Assembly: GCF_034531255.1 (NCBI RefSeq)
Contig: NZ_JAVRBM010000030.1
Coordinates: forward strand, 8,047 to 29,655
Direction of reading: 5' to 3'
DNA: 21,609 nt
DNA from: Nostoc sp. ChiQUE01b
GTDB taxonomy: Bacteria > Cyanobacteriota > Cyanobacteriia > Cyanobacteriales > Nostocaceae
In this document: positions 20,374-21,609 of the stretch, one piece after another
Layout of the letters: every line of letters begins with the position of its first letter
Position numbering within the stretch: the first letter of the stretch is position 1
Notes under the pieces: generated by a model
The model's database searches: none
Seen by the model: only the letters and a program-made list of their open reading frames with translations
Told to the model about the DNA's origin: nothing
Position numbers and translations under genes: made by a program

Positions 20374-21534
20374 ATGGAGCGGAAATCCGGCATCGTCAAG
20401 AGGATTCAGCAGGCATCACAAGCGATCGCTCAAGCACCCCCCACCTTGGCGGAACTGGCGTTTACACCAAGAGAACTGGTGCAGGCTACCCTGCCCCATC
20501 GTGATCCAGGGAATGTGCCTGTATGGGTAAGACGAAATGGGCAGTATGGCTTATCGATTCAGCCAGGATGGGACATCGCTAAAAACTGCTCGATTGGGTA
20601 TCCTTTTGGCACTCTTCCCAGGTTGTTAATGTTCTGGCTGACGGCAGAGGCTGTAAGAACAAATAATAAACTGATTAAGTTAGGAGAAAGCCATACACAT
20701 TTTTTGAAAGGATTAGGATTAGACCCTGACAGAGGCGGAAAATGCAGCGATTCTTTTCGCGTTAAAAACCAGTGGCTACGATTAACCAATGCAAAAATAT
20801 CATTTCAATATTGGGGAAATTTTAACGGTAAACAACATCAATCTTTTTTAAATTTAGCTATTGCTGAACGTTCTGTTGTGTGGTGGGAAGAAAAAGGAAA
20901 GGGACGTTTAGAAGAAGAGGGAGGATTTATTGAACTTACGGACAGGTTTTTCCAAGCCATAACACAAAGTCCCATTCCTTTAGATTTTAGAGCATTACAA
21001 GCGATTAAAAATTCACCGTTAGCGATTGATGTCTACTCATGGGCTACGTTACGCGCCTATGCGGCTCAACAGAAAGATAAGCCCCATACTGTTGCCTGGG
21101 AGGTACTGCTAAATCAATTTGGCAGTGATTATCGAGACGTGAAAGACTTTAAAAGATACTTCAAATTAGCCTTGGAGAAGGTTCAATGCGTTTATCCCTG
21201 GCTTCAATTTGAGTATATTAAAGGTGGTATTACTATTAAACCAAGCTCTCCCTCTGTTAGTTACAGGTCTTTAAAGAAAAATTCTAAATTGATAACCGCA
21301 GAAACGTCAGAGAAGGCACTGCTGACTTCAAAGAGTAATCACGAACTAAATCTTTGTGTTTCTTCTAAAGCATTTGAAGAAGCGGTATTTCTCATTACTA
21401 ATGCAGACACAGGCTGGTGCAAATACGCTTTAGAGAAACAGTTCTATGACTATGCCCGAAAGAAGGGCATCCCCAAAAATGTTGATAAAGCGTTTCTGGG
21501 CTTTGTGAGAAAAAAGGTCACGCAAAAACCTTAA
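20374..21534 (+). CDS. repA: Plasmid replication initiator, RepA_C (PF04796-like) family
   Basis: The sequence FTPRELVQATLPHRDP..WVRRNG..GYPFGTLPRLLMFWLTAEAVRT..IKLGESHTHFLKGLGL..GG..ISF..FFQAI..PIPLDFRALQAIKNSPLAIDVYSWATLR..QFGSDY..FK..VYPWL matches the family layout. ATG 20374 is preceded by GGAGA. The track start at 20272 is a TTG upstream of the leader hairpin and is less likely. Confidence 0.85.
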   Translation: MERKSGIVKRIQQASQAIAQAPPTLAELAFTPRELVQATLPHRDPGNVPVWVRRNGQYGLSIQPGWDIAKNCSIGYPFGTLPRLLMFWLTAEAVRTNNKLIKLGESHTHFLKGLGLDPDRGGKCSDSFRVKNQWLRLTNAKISFQYWGNFNGKQHQSFLNLAIAERSVVWWEEKGKGRLEEEGGFIELTDRFFQAITQSPIPLDFRALQAIKNSPLAIDVYSWATLRAYAAQQKDKPHTVAWEVLLNQFGSDYRDVKDFKRYFKLALEKVQCVYPWLQFEYIKGGITIKPSSPSVSYRSLKKNSKLITAETSEKALLTSKSNHELNLCVSSKAFEEAVFLITNADTGWCKYALEKQFYDYARKKGIPKNVDKAFLGFVRKKVTQKP

Positions 21535-21609
21535 TTCAATTTTTACCAATTGCTTATAGAAAGCAGGGATGGGGTCATTCCTGAATCCATACTTTTTACC
21601 GCTAAAATA

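Noticed and set aside
1-21609. Search for transposase, integrase, IS ends, tRNA, rRNA, toxin-secretion or type IV secretion genes
   Set aside because: I could find no DDE or tyrosine-recombinase motifs, no terminal inverted repeats flanking a gene, no cloverleaf-like sequences and no VirB/VirD4-like ORFs. I report their absence rather than forcing a call.

Overview
The window reads as a segment of a cyanobacterial mobilizable plasmid. It carries 11 copies of the HIP1 octamer GCGATCGC, against about 0.3 expected by chance.

Left to right:
- The 3' part of a WD40-repeat gene, built from 126-nt near-identical tandem units.
- A BrnT (DUF497) toxin pseudogene with three in-frame stops, next to an intact HTH antitoxin.
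- A protein with two DUF4351-like repeats.
- On the minus strand, a 1981-aa fusion of an N6-adenine methyltransferase and an SNF2/strawberry-notch-like helicase (P1 DarB-like architecture), preceded by four small AT-rich unknown genes.
- A plus-strand block: a phage-type Dam-like methyltransferase, a roughly 160-nt GC-rich extended hairpin, ardA, a frame-split hypothetical gene, a strongly acidic 110-aa ORF and a truncated GIY-YIG-like gene.
- On the minus strand, a SprT-like gene that has lost its HExxH motif, and a Ti-type TraD-like accessory gene.
- A predicted oriT whose inverted repeat and nick core resemble R1162/RSF1010.
- A 1099-aa MOBQ relaxase fused to a RepB'-type primase.
- A RepA_C-family replication initiator.

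The main hypothesis is that 11.1-16.35 kb is the plasmid leading region and carries an anti-restriction island. Its genes would be templated by the predicted transferred strand. A second hairpin/nick-like module at about 12.0-12.16 kb is paralogous to oriT and sits just upstream of ardA.

I recognised no rRNA, tRNA, CRISPR array, transposase or integrase. All family assignments come from motif recognition by eye and need HMM or BLAST confirmation.
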